55,818 nucleotides of DNA from Haliangiales bacterium (GCA_046595695.1 JBKJOI010000659.1:1-55818), one strand, 5' to 3'. Shown: positions 1 through 9,549, counted from the stretch's first letter. The notes: generated by a model not told the origin, from the letters alone. Numbers and translations: made by a program.

Positions 1-174
1 AACGCACGTGTGCCCGTTGCCGACGCGCGACTGTCGCTGTCGCTCTCGTGGATGCACTTCAGGTGGCTCGACTACGCGCTGCAGGATGATCGCGACGCGC
101 TGGTCGAGCCACCTGAAGTGCATCCACGAGAGCGACAGCGACAGTCGCGCGTCGGCAACGGGCACACGTGCGTT
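1..174. repeat. Perfect 72-bp inverted repeat (1-72 vs 103-174, 30-bp loop); probable fold-back artefact
   Basis: 1-72 is the exact reverse complement of 103-174; 1-102 read on + gives the DUF3570 C-terminal peptide NARVPVADARLSLSLSWMHFRWLDYALQDDRDALV. Confidence 0.95.
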
Positions 175-1143
175 GACGCTCGCGCCCACGGTGTAGCTGC
201 GCATGCCCCCGAGCGACCGGTCGCGGGTGCGCCAGGACGGCGCGCCCGCGCCGTCGTCGACGTAGCTCGACTCGTAGAAGCTCGCCGCACCCTGCAGGTA
301 AGCGCGCGCATGGACCCCGACGAGCACACGATCCTCATCGCCGAGCGCGAGCACACCTTGACCGCTCGCGGTGTGGCTGGTGATGCCCCAGTCGTCCCGG
401 TACAGGCGGTAGTCGGCCTGCACGAACCAGCGCGACGCGAGCGCGCGACGCACGCGCACCAGCGCCGCCAGCCCGGCCCGCTCGTCGGGGACGGCCTCGG
501 GCAGGCTGTACCGGGCCGAGCCGGTCGCGTCGACCACCGGCACGTAGCGGTACGGGCTCGCCAGGTAGCCGGTCTGCCGCTCGCCGTCCACGACCACGTC
601 GAGGTAGGTGCGCGGATCGAGCGTCTGGGTGAGCGTCAAGGCGAGGCGGTGGCCGCGGCGCGCGCGAGAGAAGCTGGCGTCGCCGGCACGACCCACCGTA
701 TCGAGGGCGCCGGTCCAGGCGACATCGAGCGTGGTATTGCGCTGCGCGACCTCGGTGCGGTAGCCGGCCCCGATCCGGAGCGCGTCGAAGTCGTTCTCGG
801 TCGAGCCCACCGCGCGCACGCTCAGCGTGTGGAGGCGCGCCGGCTGCCACGAGAGCGTGAGGCCACCCTCGACGCGCTCCTCCTCGAACGCGTAGGGGGA
901 CGCCGTCGAGGTCACGTCGACCGACGCCGCGCTGAGCACGTCCACGGTGACCGCGGCCTCGACCGCGAGCCGCTCGCCCAGCCCCGCGCTCGCGCTCGCC
1001 GACGGGCTCCACACCGTGACCGCGTCGTCGTCGGCGTAGACGCGCAGCGCCACGCTCGCGCCCCGCTCGGCCTCCTGGGCGTGCGCGGGGCCCGCGCTCG
1101 CGCCCAGCACGCCCGCCGCGAGCGCCAGGTGCCTCAGTTGCAC
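103..1143 (-). CDS. DUF3570-family outer-membrane protein (3' end broken by the fold-back)
   Basis: Missing from the ORF track because it has no stop. GTG at 1143 overlaps the DUF4266 end; reads MQLRHLALAAGVLGASAGPAHAQ..VYADDDAVTVWSP..VDVLSAASVDVTSTAS, with a signal peptide. Confidence 0.8.
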
Positions 1144-1364
1144 CCGCAGCCTCCCCCCGTCGAGCCGGTGCCGCCCCCCGAGGCCTCGCGGACCTCGTAG
1201 ACGTGCTCGTGGGCCGCGTGCATCACGGGCCAGGCCGGCTGCTGCAGTGCCGGCCTGGCCAGGGTCTCGCGCTGCCACGGCTGCACGCGCACGCACGCGG
1301 ACACCGAGGCCGAGACGAGCGCGAGCGCGGCGGCGCGCAGGAGGCCCCGTAACCCACGCTTCAT
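1134..1364 (-). CDS. DUF4266-family small lipoprotein
   Basis: MKRGLRGLLRAAALALVSASVSAC-VRVQPWQRETLA...REASGGGTGSTGGGCGCN; C-terminal GGGCGCN signature; ATGA overlap with the upstream gene. Confidence 0.9.
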   Translation of the reverse strand: MKRGLRGLLRAAALALVSASVSACVRVQPWQRETLARPALQQPAWPVMHAAHEHVYEVREASGGGTGSTGGGCGCN

Positions 1365-1843
1365 GGGGTCTCCTCCGGAAGGCGCAGCGTGACCAGGAAC
1401 GAGCGCAGCGCCCGGTAGTCGCGATCGTCGGTGCCGCGGAAGCTCGCGCCGCCCTCGTGGCCGCACCCGCCCGCGCCCAGCGCGAGCGGCTTGCGCAGCA
1501 CCAGGCAATCATCGACCGGCGCGCCCGCGAGCAGCGGCTCGAGCGCGAACGCGGCGACCGTGCGCGCGTTGGCCGCGAGCTCGGCCTCGCTGAGCGGCTC
1601 GGCGAGGAAGCGCCTCTCGGGATCGGCGCGGTGGCGCCCCGGGCTGTAGATCGCGAAGGGCCGCTCGGGGCGGCCGTGGCAGCCGGGATCGGCGCAGTGT
1701 CGATCGAGCACCGGCTGCGCCTCGGCGGCGAAGACCCCCAGGTCGCCTTCGGGCAGGCCGCGCGGTGGCCCCGGCTCGACCGCGCACGCGGCGAGCGCGA
1801 GCGCGAGCGCAAGCGCCCGCAGCGCGAGCGCGGCAGCCCTCAA
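1361..1843 (-). CDS. Lipoprotein with one CX4CH putative heme c domain
   Basis: TTG start overlapping the upstream stop, GGAGG upstream; lipobox LAAC; CADPGCH and LRKPL..GGCGHEGG. Confidence 0.8.
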   Translation of the reverse strand: MRAAALALRALALALALAACAVEPGPPRGLPEGDLGVFAAEAQPVLDRHCADPGCHGRPERPFAIYSPGRHRADPERRFLAEPLSEAELAANARTVAAFALEPLLAGAPVDDCLVLRKPLALGAGGCGHEGGASFRGTDDRDYRALRSFLVTLRLPEETP

Positions 1844-4740
1844 CGCGGCACCTCCACCGAGGGCGCGCGGTAGACCGCGCCCAGATCGATCCAGCGGATG
1901 AAGGCGCGGATCACGGCGTCGTCGAGCGGCGGCACCTCGGCGCCGGGCGGTGGACAGGCCATCGCGAGCACGCGCGGCGCACCCAGCTCGCGCCCGGTGA
2001 TCTTCTCGATGAGGTAGGAGCCCCACGCCGACCCGTTGCGCTCGTCGACATAGCGTTTGCCGCCCGTCGAGCCCGCGCCGAAGGCCTGGAGCTGCTCGTA
2101 GGCCGCGTCGTAGTAGCTCGTCGGCGTGGGCGTCAGCGCCAGCCCGCCCGCCGGGACCGCCCCCGCGTGGCAGCCGGCCACCGCGCAGGAGCGAGCCAGA
2201 CTGGGCGCCAGGTCGCGCCCGAAGTCGAAGTCCTGGGCGCCGAGCGAGCCCACGCGCACCGGTGGCAGCGGCCGGCGCGGGTCACGCCCGGCGAAGCTCG
2301 ACAGGGTCACCGAGGCGGTGGTGACCGCGTCGACGTCGAGCGGCGGCAGCGCGCTGGCCGGATCGCCGTCGAGGGCACCGTGACAGCCCGAGCAGAGCCG
2401 ACCGTAACTCGACGGCTGGGCGCCCTGCGGGAAGCGCTCGCCACCCTGCACCGAGAGCCACAGCAGCGAGGGCTGCCCGGCGGCGAAGCCGGCCGCGTCG
2501 AGCACCTGCATCCGCACCGGCACGCGCGCCGGCAACTCGGCCAGCACGGTGCCGTCGGCGGCGAGCGGCACCTCGCCGAGCAGCGCAAGCGGCAGGTGCA
2601 CCCCGTTCGACCACCACGTGGACGCCGGATCGCCGTTCGCGATCTGTGCCGGGTCGACCGCCGGCACGTCGGCCGGGCGCCAGCTCGGCCAGGCCAGGAA
2701 GCGCGCGTGCGCCGCGTCGGCGCGGAGCGGCTTGGCGCCGATGGGGGCGAGCACCCGGTTGACGGCCTCGTTGACCTGGATGCCGCTGTGCTTGAGCAGC
2801 CCGCTCGGCGAGCCGTCCCAGGCGTCGGCGTGGTCGTCGTCCTCGTCGGGCCGCGCGACCACGAGGGCGGGCTGATCATCGGCCTCGCCGGGTGCGTCCC
2901 ACAGCAGCGTTCGCTCGCCGAGGCGCGCGCCCTCGGGGGTGGCCTCGAGCGTGACGATCCACAGCCCGGTGTCGGGCATGGCGCCCGGGTCGATCGGATC
3001 GATCGGCCCCGGCGCGTGGGCGACCAGCAGCCGGCCGTCGGGGAGCGGCGCCGGATCGCGCCACAGCCCGTCGTCGGCGAGCACGGCCCAGGCGTGGCGG
3101 AAGCCGCCCACGGCGAGCTCGTCCAGGCGCTCGGCCGGTACGTCGGGTCCGAACTGGCGCTCCACCAGCGCCAGCGTCCCGCCCTCCCAGAGATCGTCCA
3201 CGCCGAGCAGCACCGCCACGTCGCGCCCGTCGGGGAGCTCGCGCAGGGTCCACACGATCGGGCGCGGCGCCGTCTGGCCGTGGTGCGGGTGGTACTCGGG
3301 CTGGAGGTGCGCCGTCCGATCGTGATCGGGCGGGAACCGGAACACCGCGCCGCGCACCGCGCCGCCCTGGCGACGCAGGGTCGTGAACGCGAGCGAGCCA
3401 CGGAACTCGCCGGTGGCCAGGAAGCTCGGGGCGAGCTCGGGTGTGGGCGTGAAGGTGAGCCGCACCGGCGTGCCGTCGGGCGCCAGGCGGTAGAGCTCCG
3501 CGTCGGCGCGGCGGCCCGACTCGTCGGCGTGCCCGGCGCGGGTCGAGACGTAGTGGATGGCGTCGCCTGGGCCGTAGACGGGCCAACGGCTGGTCGCGCC
3601 CGCACCCGCGCCGGCGGCGCCGTCGTGGGTCAGCCGCCTGAGGCCACCGCCGTCGATCCCGATCTCCCACAGATCGTGGCCCAGGTCGCCGGCGCGGCGC
3701 ATCGCGAAGGCGACGCGCGACCCGTCGTGGCTCACCGTGGGATCGCGCACATCGGCCGGACCATCGGGGTGGGCCCCGGCGCTGAGGTTGACCGGCGTGG
3801 CGCCGGGAAGCAGCGATGGGTGGAACCACACGTCGCTGCCGGGCCGGAACGCCTCCAGGTCGGCGAGCCCGCGCGGCGAGGCCGGGCCGCGCACGAACAC
3901 GACGCCGACTGGTGCGGGCGCGCCGACATGGCCGAGCGCCGCACGCTCCGCGGCGGCCCAGGCCACGATCGCTGCCGCGCCCGGGTCCTCGAGCGGTTCT
4001 CGGCCATTCACGCGCGGGAAGAAGGCGTCGTTGCCGCCGCGGTGGGGGATGCCGCCGTCGGCGAGCGGCAGGGCCTTGACCAGGAGGCGCGAGCGCGCGG
4101 GGTCGCCGGCGAGCGCGAGCGTGGCGCGCGCGGCCTCGCGGTTGGCGCGGATCTCCGCCACCGAGGGCTCGCCGCCCGCGCCGTCCATCGGCGGCGTGAG
4201 CGGCAGCCCGCCGAACTGCTGCGGGCCGTGGCAGCGCGCCAGCATGCAACCACGGTCGCGCAGCACCGGCAGTACGGTGTCGGCAAACTGCCGCTCGAGC
4301 GGCGTCAGCGCCTCGCGTGGCGATCCCTCGCCACCGTCGGTCTCCATGACCACCCACTCGCGCAGGGTGAGCCAGTCACGGTCGTCGCGACCGAGCAGGT
4401 GTCCGCCGGCGTGCGGCAGGCCGCCCTGGGCGAGCGCCAGCGGCTTGCGCAGGAGGCTCGAGAGCTCGGCGCGCTCGACGGTGTTGATGCGCGCCTTGAC
4501 GTTGGCGCGAGCCGCCGTCCGGTCGTTCACCCGACCGGTGGCATCGACGTCGACGAAGAAGTAGGCGCGATCCACGACCTCGCCGGCGGCCTCGGCACCG
4601 GGCGCCACGCCGTGGCACGCCGGCGCCAGGCAACGGCGCTCGAGCACCGGCACCACGCGGGTCTCGAAGAGCTCGCGCGGCGCCGGATCGCCGCAGCCAC
4701 TCTGCAGGATGACGAGGACAGCCAGACCGAGCGAACGCAC
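1840..4740 (-). CDS. Multiheme lipoprotein with TolB-like propeller and hydrazine-synthase-alpha-like middle domain (copy 1)
   Basis: Lipobox-like LQSGC; CLAPACH, CMLARCH, CSGCH, CAVAGCH; PD40-like DPTVSHDGSRVAFA; EVPLAADGTVLAELPARVPVRMQVLD..CSGCH. Confidence 0.85.
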   Translation of the reverse strand: MRSLGLAVLVILQSGCGDPAPRELFETRVVPVLERRCLAPACHGVAPGAEAAGEVVDRAYFFVDVDATGRVNDRTAARANVKARINTVERAELSSLLRKPLALAQGGLPHAGGHLLGRDDRDWLTLREWVVMETDGGEGSPREALTPLERQFADTVLPVLRDRGCMLARCHGPQQFGGLPLTPPMDGAGGEPSVAEIRANREAARATLALAGDPARSRLLVKALPLADGGIPHRGGNDAFFPRVNGREPLEDPGAAAIVAWAAAERAALGHVGAPAPVGVVFVRGPASPRGLADLEAFRPGSDVWFHPSLLPGATPVNLSAGAHPDGPADVRDPTVSHDGSRVAFAMRRAGDLGHDLWEIGIDGGGLRRLTHDGAAGAGAGATSRWPVYGPGDAIHYVSTRAGHADESGRRADAELYRLAPDGTPVRLTFTPTPELAPSFLATGEFRGSLAFTTLRRQGGAVRGAVFRFPPDHDRTAHLQPEYHPHHGQTAPRPIVWTLRELPDGRDVAVLLGVDDLWEGGTLALVERQFGPDVPAERLDELAVGGFRHAWAVLADDGLWRDPAPLPDGRLLVAHAPGPIDPIDPGAMPDTGLWIVTLEATPEGARLGERTLLWDAPGEADDQPALVVARPDEDDDHADAWDGSPSGLLKHSGIQVNEAVNRVLAPIGAKPLRADAAHARFLAWPSWRPADVPAVDPAQIANGDPASTWWSNGVHLPLALLGEVPLAADGTVLAELPARVPVRMQVLDAAGFAAGQPSLLWLSVQGGERFPQGAQPSSYGRLCSGCHGALDGDPASALPPLDVDAVTTASVTLSSFAGRDPRRPLPPVRVGSLGAQDFDFGRDLAPSLARSCAVAGCHAGAVPAGGLALTPTPTSYYDAAYEQLQAFGAGSTGGKRYVDERNGSAWGSYLIEKITGRELGAPRVLAMACPPPGAEVPPLDDAVIRAFIRWIDLGAVYRAPSVEVPR

Positions 4741-4776
4741 GCCTGGCTCTTATGCCCGATCCCCGAGGGCAACATC

Positions 4777-4790
4777 ATGACCGCCGTCAA
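4777..4790. promoter_or_regulatory. FNR-type box between divergent genes
   Basis: ATGAC-CGCC-GTCAA; centre 41.5 nt before GTG 4825 (+) and 43.5 nt before GTG 4740 (-). Confidence 0.7.
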
Positions 4791-4824
4791 TGTCGCACCA
4801 GGTAGTCCGTGCCAGCGTGAGCCC

Positions 4825-5592
4825 GTGCACAGGTCGGACCCGTCCGGCGCGCTCGCGCTCACGCTCACGCTCACGCTCACGCTCACGCTCACGCTCGCGC
4901 TCACGCTCGCGCTCGCCGCCTGCTCGAGCGAGCCGCTCGTGGCTGGCGACGCGGCGGCTGTGCCCCGGGATGCGGGCACGGTGGACGACGGCGGCATCGC
5001 GTGTCCGGCCGGGGGCGTGCGCGGCCGCGGACGCCATCGGCTGTTCGTGCAAGGGCACGGCGGCGAGCCGTACCCCGACGGCCGCTACCCATTCCTGCAC
5101 CCATGGAGCGCCGGCGGCGGCGACGCACCGCTCTGTGACGACGCGGTGTTCGTCGAGGATACCGACGGCGACGGCCGGTGGCAGCCCGGCGAGGCGCCGC
5201 GCCCGCTCGGCCCCGCCGCGCTCGTGCACGGTGAGCACTTCCTCGTCGGTAGTGGTGCCTTCGTCGAGCTCGCGATCACTCTCTGCGACGACATCACCGG
5301 TGACGTGGCGCTGTACATCCCCAACTTCGACGAGGCCGGCAGCCGCGCGCTGCACCAGCTGTTCGTGGTCCACGACGGCGAGGAGCGACTTGTCGCCGAG
5401 GCCGTCGACGACGAAGCCGGGCAGAGCGGCTACAACCCGTTCGTGCGGGTGCTCGCGGGCATCGACCCGCGCGCAACGCCCGGCGACACCTTGCTGCTGC
5501 GCAGCACCAACCTGAACGGCATCCCCTTCTCGGTGATGGTGTGGCAACCGCCCAGCGAGTACGAGTCGTGGATCCTGGTGGAGGTCCCGTGA
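4825..5592 (+). CDS. Hypothetical lipoprotein
   Basis: Real portion of ORF 1765..5592; signal with (LT/LA)n then LAAC; acidic DTDGDG motif; GTGA overlap with the next gene. Confidence 0.75.
   Translation: MHRSDPSGALALTLTLTLTLTLTLALTLALAACSSEPLVAGDAAAVPRDAGTVDDGGIACPAGGVRGRGRHRLFVQGHGGEPYPDGRYPFLHPWSAGGGDAPLCDDAVFVEDTDGDGRWQPGEAPRPLGPAALVHGEHFLVGSGAFVELAITLCDDITGDVALYIPNFDEAGSRALHQLFVVHDGEERLVAEAVDDEAGQSGYNPFVRVLAGIDPRATPGDTLLLRSTNLNGIPFSVMVWQPPSEYESWILVEVP
4851..4916 (+). repeat. Tandem hexamer (GCTCRC)x11 in signal-peptide coding region
   Basis: Counted directly; encodes LALTLTLTLTLTLTLALTLALA. Confidence 0.9.
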
Positions 5593-6173
5593 CGCGCACG
5601 TCCCATCGACGGCTCACCCGGCTCGCCGCCAGCCTGGTGCTCGCGAGCTGCGGCACCGACGCCGGCGACGACCCGCTGCGCAGCGCCGACGCTGGTCCGC
5701 CACCCGATGCGGCGGTCTGTCGCGACGCGGGCGTGCTCGAGCTCGGCGCCTGCCGGCTCACCGAGGGACAGACCTGCCAGGGCCGCGCCGGCGAGGAGCG
5801 TCACTTCGAGACGCTGCCCGAGGGCGGCGCGATGACCATCGTGCTCGGGCCGCAGGGCTCGACCATGTTCGTGTTCTCGGCCCGCACCGCGGGCATCGTG
5901 CCCGGCGATCCAGCCCAGCCGGCCAGCCCCGACAACCCGCTGATCGAGATCCAGGTGTTCGACGACCAAGCCGCGCTGGTCGCGCGTTACCGCGGGCGCG
6001 CGGCGTTCGCGACCGACCCCGGTGTCGGTGGGCTCACCGCGACTGGGCTGTTCGTGGTCGTCGACGGCCCGGCCAGCGCATTCATCGGCCGACGCCTGCG
6101 CGCGATCGCTACCCTCACCGATCGTGACCACGCCGTGCGCTGTGGCGGCGCCTCGTTCGTGGCCGAGAACTGA
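5589..6173 (+). CDS. Hypothetical lipoprotein
   Basis: GTG overlapping the previous stop; LASC lipobox; LGPQGSTMFV motif. Confidence 0.7.
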   Translation: MTRTSHRRLTRLAASLVLASCGTDAGDDPLRSADAGPPPDAAVCRDAGVLELGACRLTEGQTCQGRAGEERHFETLPEGGAMTIVLGPQGSTMFVFSARTAGIVPGDPAQPASPDNPLIEIQVFDDQAALVARYRGRAAFATDPGVGGLTATGLFVVVDGPASAFIGRRLRAIATLTDRDHAVRCGGASFVAEN

Positions 6174-6241
6174 CCGGGGTCAAGCCGGCGGGCCATGCGC
6201 GAGCGACTTCTGGCCCACGACTGGGGATGCGCTTTCGCCGA

Positions 6242-6835
6242 TCAGGGCACCGCTTCAGGTCTCTCGCTCGGGTCGCGACTCGTCGCCGCTCCTGGTTTCG
6301 CCACGATCAGCGCAGCGAAGATCTCGGCTCCGAAGCGGTCGACCTGGGCCCAGTCGGTGAACTCGTAGTCCTGGCTGGTGTCGACGGGCCGGCCCTGCGA
6401 GCGACCGATGAGCTTCATCATCAGCCGGGTGAGCCAGCCGTACTGCGTGTAGCGCAGCGCTCCGCCGAACGTCGCGATGTGCGCGGGTTGCCAGTGCACC
6501 CGGGCAAGAAAGGCCGCCACCATCTGATCGAGCCCCTCGCGCACCGAGGCCCGCCGCGAGCTGGCCGACATGCTCACCGAGAAGAATGCGCCCGCCCGGG
6601 TGGCTAGCCTCGGAGCATGGCGCTTCAGCCATCTCTCGATGGCGGCGTGATGGCGGCTCATGTGCACCGGTGAGCCCACGATGACCGCCTCGAAGTTCCT
6701 CGGATCGGGTCGTTCGTAGGCGGCATCGGCGAGATGCACGCGCAGCCCGCGCGTTCGCAGCGTCTCGGCGATGCGGGACGCGATCGTGCGAGTCTGGCCG
6801 TGGCGCGAGGCGAACAGGACGAGGACGCGGGTCAT
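6242..6835 (-). CDS. hemG: Flavodoxin-domain protoporphyrinogen IX dehydrogenase (HemG-like)
   Basis: ASRHGQTRTIA FMN loop; FGGALRYTQY; DTSQDYEFTDWAQVDRF. Confidence 0.85.
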   Translation of the reverse strand: MTRVLVLFASRHGQTRTIASRIAETLRTRGLRVHLADAAYERPDPRNFEAVIVGSPVHMSRHHAAIERWLKRHAPRLATRAGAFFSVSMSASSRRASVREGLDQMVAAFLARVHWQPAHIATFGGALRYTQYGWLTRLMMKLIGRSQGRPVDTSQDYEFTDWAQVDRFGAEIFAALIVAKPGAATSRDPSERPEAVP

Positions 6836-6953
6836 CAGGACCTCCGGACTTTCGCGCAGGCAACGGCCGTTCGACCTCGGCGGAGCGCGCGTGGCTCCGC
6901 CGGTTCCGCGGCTCTCGTGGGCGCCGCCAGCCGCATTTCAGGCTCGTACCGGC

Positions 6954-6969
6954 AGCATGCAAAGAGCCA
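6954..6969 (-). promoter_or_regulatory. sigma54 -24/-12 motif upstream of hemG
   Basis: TGGCTC-TTTGC-ATGCT, 118 nt before the start. Confidence 0.45.
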
Positions 6970-7225
6970 CCGATGGGAAGGGGCGCGCGCTGCGGCCGAG
7001 CACGAAGTGGTGCGACCAGAGTGCGCCGCCCGCGATCGCCAGCGCCCAGATGACGGGACAGCCACCACCTGCCCGCGTGGCGCAGCGTCACCAGCGGGAA
7101 CGGGGGGTTGCTGCCGGCCATGAGCAGGCCGAGCTCGCGGCTGCGGCGCGTGGCGGTCTGACTCGATCGGGCCTTCCATCGAAGTTGCCACGCTCGACGT
7201 ATATCCCCCGCCCGGCCCCGGCGAG

Positions 7226-7277
7226 TTGACCGCGATCATGCCGGGCGCCGTCGTGGCACAAGGATGACCGAGGTCAT
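7226..7277. promoter_or_regulatory. Two FNR-like boxes in a degraded region
   Basis: TTGAC-CGCG-ATCAT (7226-7239, centre 41.5 nt before GTG 7191 on -) and ATGAC-CGAG-GTCAT (7264-7277). Confidence 0.55.
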
Positions 7278-7774
7278 CAGCGACGGCTCCATTGCCAGTC
7301 GCCCTTCGCGTCACCACCGCGGCGGCCGGCGGCAGCGGCGCCATCGACGGACAGATACCGAGCCGTATCGCCAGCCGCCGCGCGTGCTCGTCGAGATCCT
7401 CCAGGAGGGCCTGCCCGAGCCCGGTGAAGCGGCCGCCCTGGAGACGGACCGCCTGTCCGGTCGCTCGGCTCTCTTGCTCACCCTGCATTGCGGTGCACGG
7501 TGCGCAGCAAGCCCGGTTGCTGGAGCATCCCGGTGCGCCCGAGCGCGCGGTGGGCGCGGGACAGGAGCGCCGCGCCCGCCTCCTTGGCACGCTCGACGGG
7601 CGCGGGCTCCCCGGTGAAGCGGATCACGTCGCGGCGGAGCGTGATGGCGCGCGCCCGCGCCTCAGCGGACGGGGCGACAGAATGGCCGCGGTGAGCGCCG
7701 AGCGAACGGACCTGGACGATCGCGGCACCCCTGAGCGTGCTCAGAGGGCGCGCACGATCTGCGCTACCTGGCGA

Positions 7775-8197
7775 TCAGGACGCAACTCGTGCGGTGGTCT
7801 CGTTCGTTGCGGACGTGGTCACGGTCAGCTCCGGTGGATCGAACAGCGTCTTCTTCACCTTGCACGCGGCCGCGGCGCGCGCGACCGCCTCGCGATACTG
7901 GGTCGGGAACTCGGGCGGGACCTGGACGTCGAGGGTGACGCGCGCCAGCCGGCCGGTCTTCGCGTCGTGCTCGCTGCGTTGGACCAAGCGGATGTTCTCG
8001 GTCGGGATGTCCCGGGCACGGCAGAAGGCCGCCACGTACAGGCCCGCACACGTGCCGAGGGAAGCCAGAAAGAGTGTGAATGGCTCCGGTGCACTGCCCT
8101 CGCCACCACTCTCCCGAGGCTGATCGGTGTGCAGGGTGAACCCGTTCACGTGCGCGTCGACGCGCTTGCCGCCGGGAAGGGTGACGATGATCTCCAT
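7775..8197 (-). CDS. OsmC-family protein
   Basis: TDQPRESGGEGSAPEPFTLFLASLGTC...CKVKKTL. Confidence 0.9.
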   Translation of the reverse strand: MEIIVTLPGGKRVDAHVNGFTLHTDQPRESGGEGSAPEPFTLFLASLGTCAGLYVAAFCRARDIPTENIRLVQRSEHDAKTGRLARVTLDVQVPPEFPTQYREAVARAAAACKVKKTLFDPPELTVTTSATNETTARVAS

Positions 8198-8209
8198 GGT
8201 CTGGTCTCC

Positions 8210-8225
8210 TGCATGATGAGAGCCA
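8210..8225 (-). promoter_or_regulatory. sigma54 promoter
   Basis: TGGCTC-TCATC-ATGCA, 12 nt before ATG 8197. Confidence 0.6.
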
Positions 8226-8272
8226 GCTCAGGCTGGAAGGGTTCGGCGAGCGGTCGAACAGGTGCCGGGGCG

Positions 8273-8731
8273 CTAGCGCGCCAGCAGGATCACCTGCCCG
8301 AGCGGATCCAGCTGGCCCTCCTCGACGCACGCGGCACACGCCTCCTCGGAACGAGTGCAGCCGCGACAGCGCGCCAGGCTCTCCCGCGCCTGGATGAGGT
8401 CGTGTCGGGTGCGCGACAGCACAGCGATACGCTCGGTCAGCCGCCGCGCTGCGTCGCTGATCACGTCGAATGTCGCCGCGGCGATGGGTCCGGGGCCGAC
8501 GCCGCCATCCCGGACGGCCAGGATCGACTGGATGCGCGTCAGCGTCAGGCCGCCGGCCTGCAGGGTCAGGATTGCACGCACCCGCCGGACGACCTCGATG
8601 TCGTAGCTTGGCCCTCGCGAGGTCAACGGGCGCGCGATGAGCCCGCGCGCCTGCAGGCGCCGGATGGTCTTGCGCCCGCACCCTGCCATTCGGGCCAGGT
8701 CACCAGTGGAGTAGCGCCGAGGAGTTCCCAC
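8273..8731 (-). CDS. MerR-family regulator with C-terminal Cys cluster
   Basis: YSTGDLARMAGCGRKTIR HTH; GLTLTRI; CRGC..CAAC. Confidence 0.8.
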   Translation of the reverse strand: MGTPRRYSTGDLARMAGCGRKTIRRLQARGLIARPLTSRGPSYDIEVVRRVRAILTLQAGGLTLTRIQSILAVRDGGVGPGPIAAATFDVISDAARRLTERIAVLSRTRHDLIQARESLARCRGCTRSEEACAACVEEGQLDPLGQVILLAR

Positions 8732-8806
8732 ACATCACATGGTGCGCCGAGCGCGCGCGCCACTCAACCTCGGCGACGTACCGATGGGCGACTTGACGAT
8801 CGACAA

Positions 8807-9520
8807 TCACGGCGCCGCCTGGCCGTCGACCACCCAGCGCTCGATGATGCGCACATCCTGGTTCGAGACACCGTCGTGGCCCGCGGCGACGATGGTCACG
8901 AGCAACGAGCTCGCGTCACCAGCGATCACATTCGGGGTGCTGTCCGTGCCGCTACCGAAGGTGTCCTGGTAGCGCGCCACCGAGTAGTTGCCCGCGGTCC
9001 CGTGGCAGTCGCCGCAGGCGTACTTCTCGAGCACCGGGTGGACGTCGGCCGCGAAGCGCGGCGCCGCGCCGGCACCGCCATCGCTTCCCCCGGTGGTGCC
9101 GGCGTCCGTGTCGCCGGCTGGCGCGGGCGCGTACGGTGCCCCATCGGCGATCCACGCGACCCACCGCTGCACCGCGGCGTCGCTGCCGGGGAGCGACGAC
9201 ACGTGACCGCCGAGCCCGGTGGCCATGTCAATGAGCGGACTGTGATCGGCGGTGCCCGCGAAGGCAATCACCTGCTCGTAGTTCGCCTGCCACGCGGCGT
9301 CGTCGCCCGGGGACGCGGTGACGTGCATGGCGATACTCCCACCGCCGTGACACGACTGAGCCGCACAGCCACTCGCCTCGAGGTCTGCCTGGATGGTCGG
9401 GCGGAACATCACGGCAGCGCCAGGGTCAGCGTCGGGCTCGCCGCCCGCGCCGGTGGGAAGCATCGAGCCGCTGCAAGCCGTCGCCATCGCAGCGGCGAGA
9501 ATCACGAGAAGAGCATGCAT
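8807..9520 (-). CDS. Diheme c-type cytochrome lipoprotein
   Basis: ATAC lipobox; CAAQSCH (CX4CH) and CGDCH; FAADVHPVL..C..CH..IERWVVDG pattern. Confidence 0.8.
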   Translation of the reverse strand: MHALLVILAAAMATACSGSMLPTGAGGEPDADPGAAVMFRPTIQADLEASGCAAQSCHGGGSIAMHVTASPGDDAAWQANYEQVIAFAGTADHSPLIDMATGLGGHVSSLPGSDAAVQRWVAWIADGAPYAPAPAGDTDAGTTGGSDGGAGAAPRFAADVHPVLEKYACGDCHGTAGNYSVARYQDTFGSGTDSTPNVIAGDASSLLVTIVAAGHDGVSNQDVRIIERWVVDGQAAP

Positions 9521-9533
9521 GCCTCACGGCTCA

Positions 9534-9549
9534 AGCAGTGAATGTGCCA
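9534..9549 (-). promoter_or_regulatory. sigma54 promoter
   Basis: TGGCAC-ATTCA-CTGCT, 13 nt before ATG 9520. Confidence 0.75.

Noticed and set aside
1765-4824. Long + strand ORF 1765..5592 and other long antisense ORFs (10788..12992, 39053..41794, 33698..35578, 28443..30737)
   Set aside because: Shadow ORFs of GC-rich genes with Arg/Ala/Gly-rich, motif-free translations; only the 3' parts listed as features look real
4851-4916. CRISPR array
   Set aside because: A simple hexamer repeat without spacers; no cas genes in the window
6170-6183. FNR-like CTGAC-CGGG-GTCAA (also TTGAT-CAGG-ATCCA at 30807)
   Set aside because: Imperfect, with no suitable start 41.5 nt away; the first lies between convergent genes
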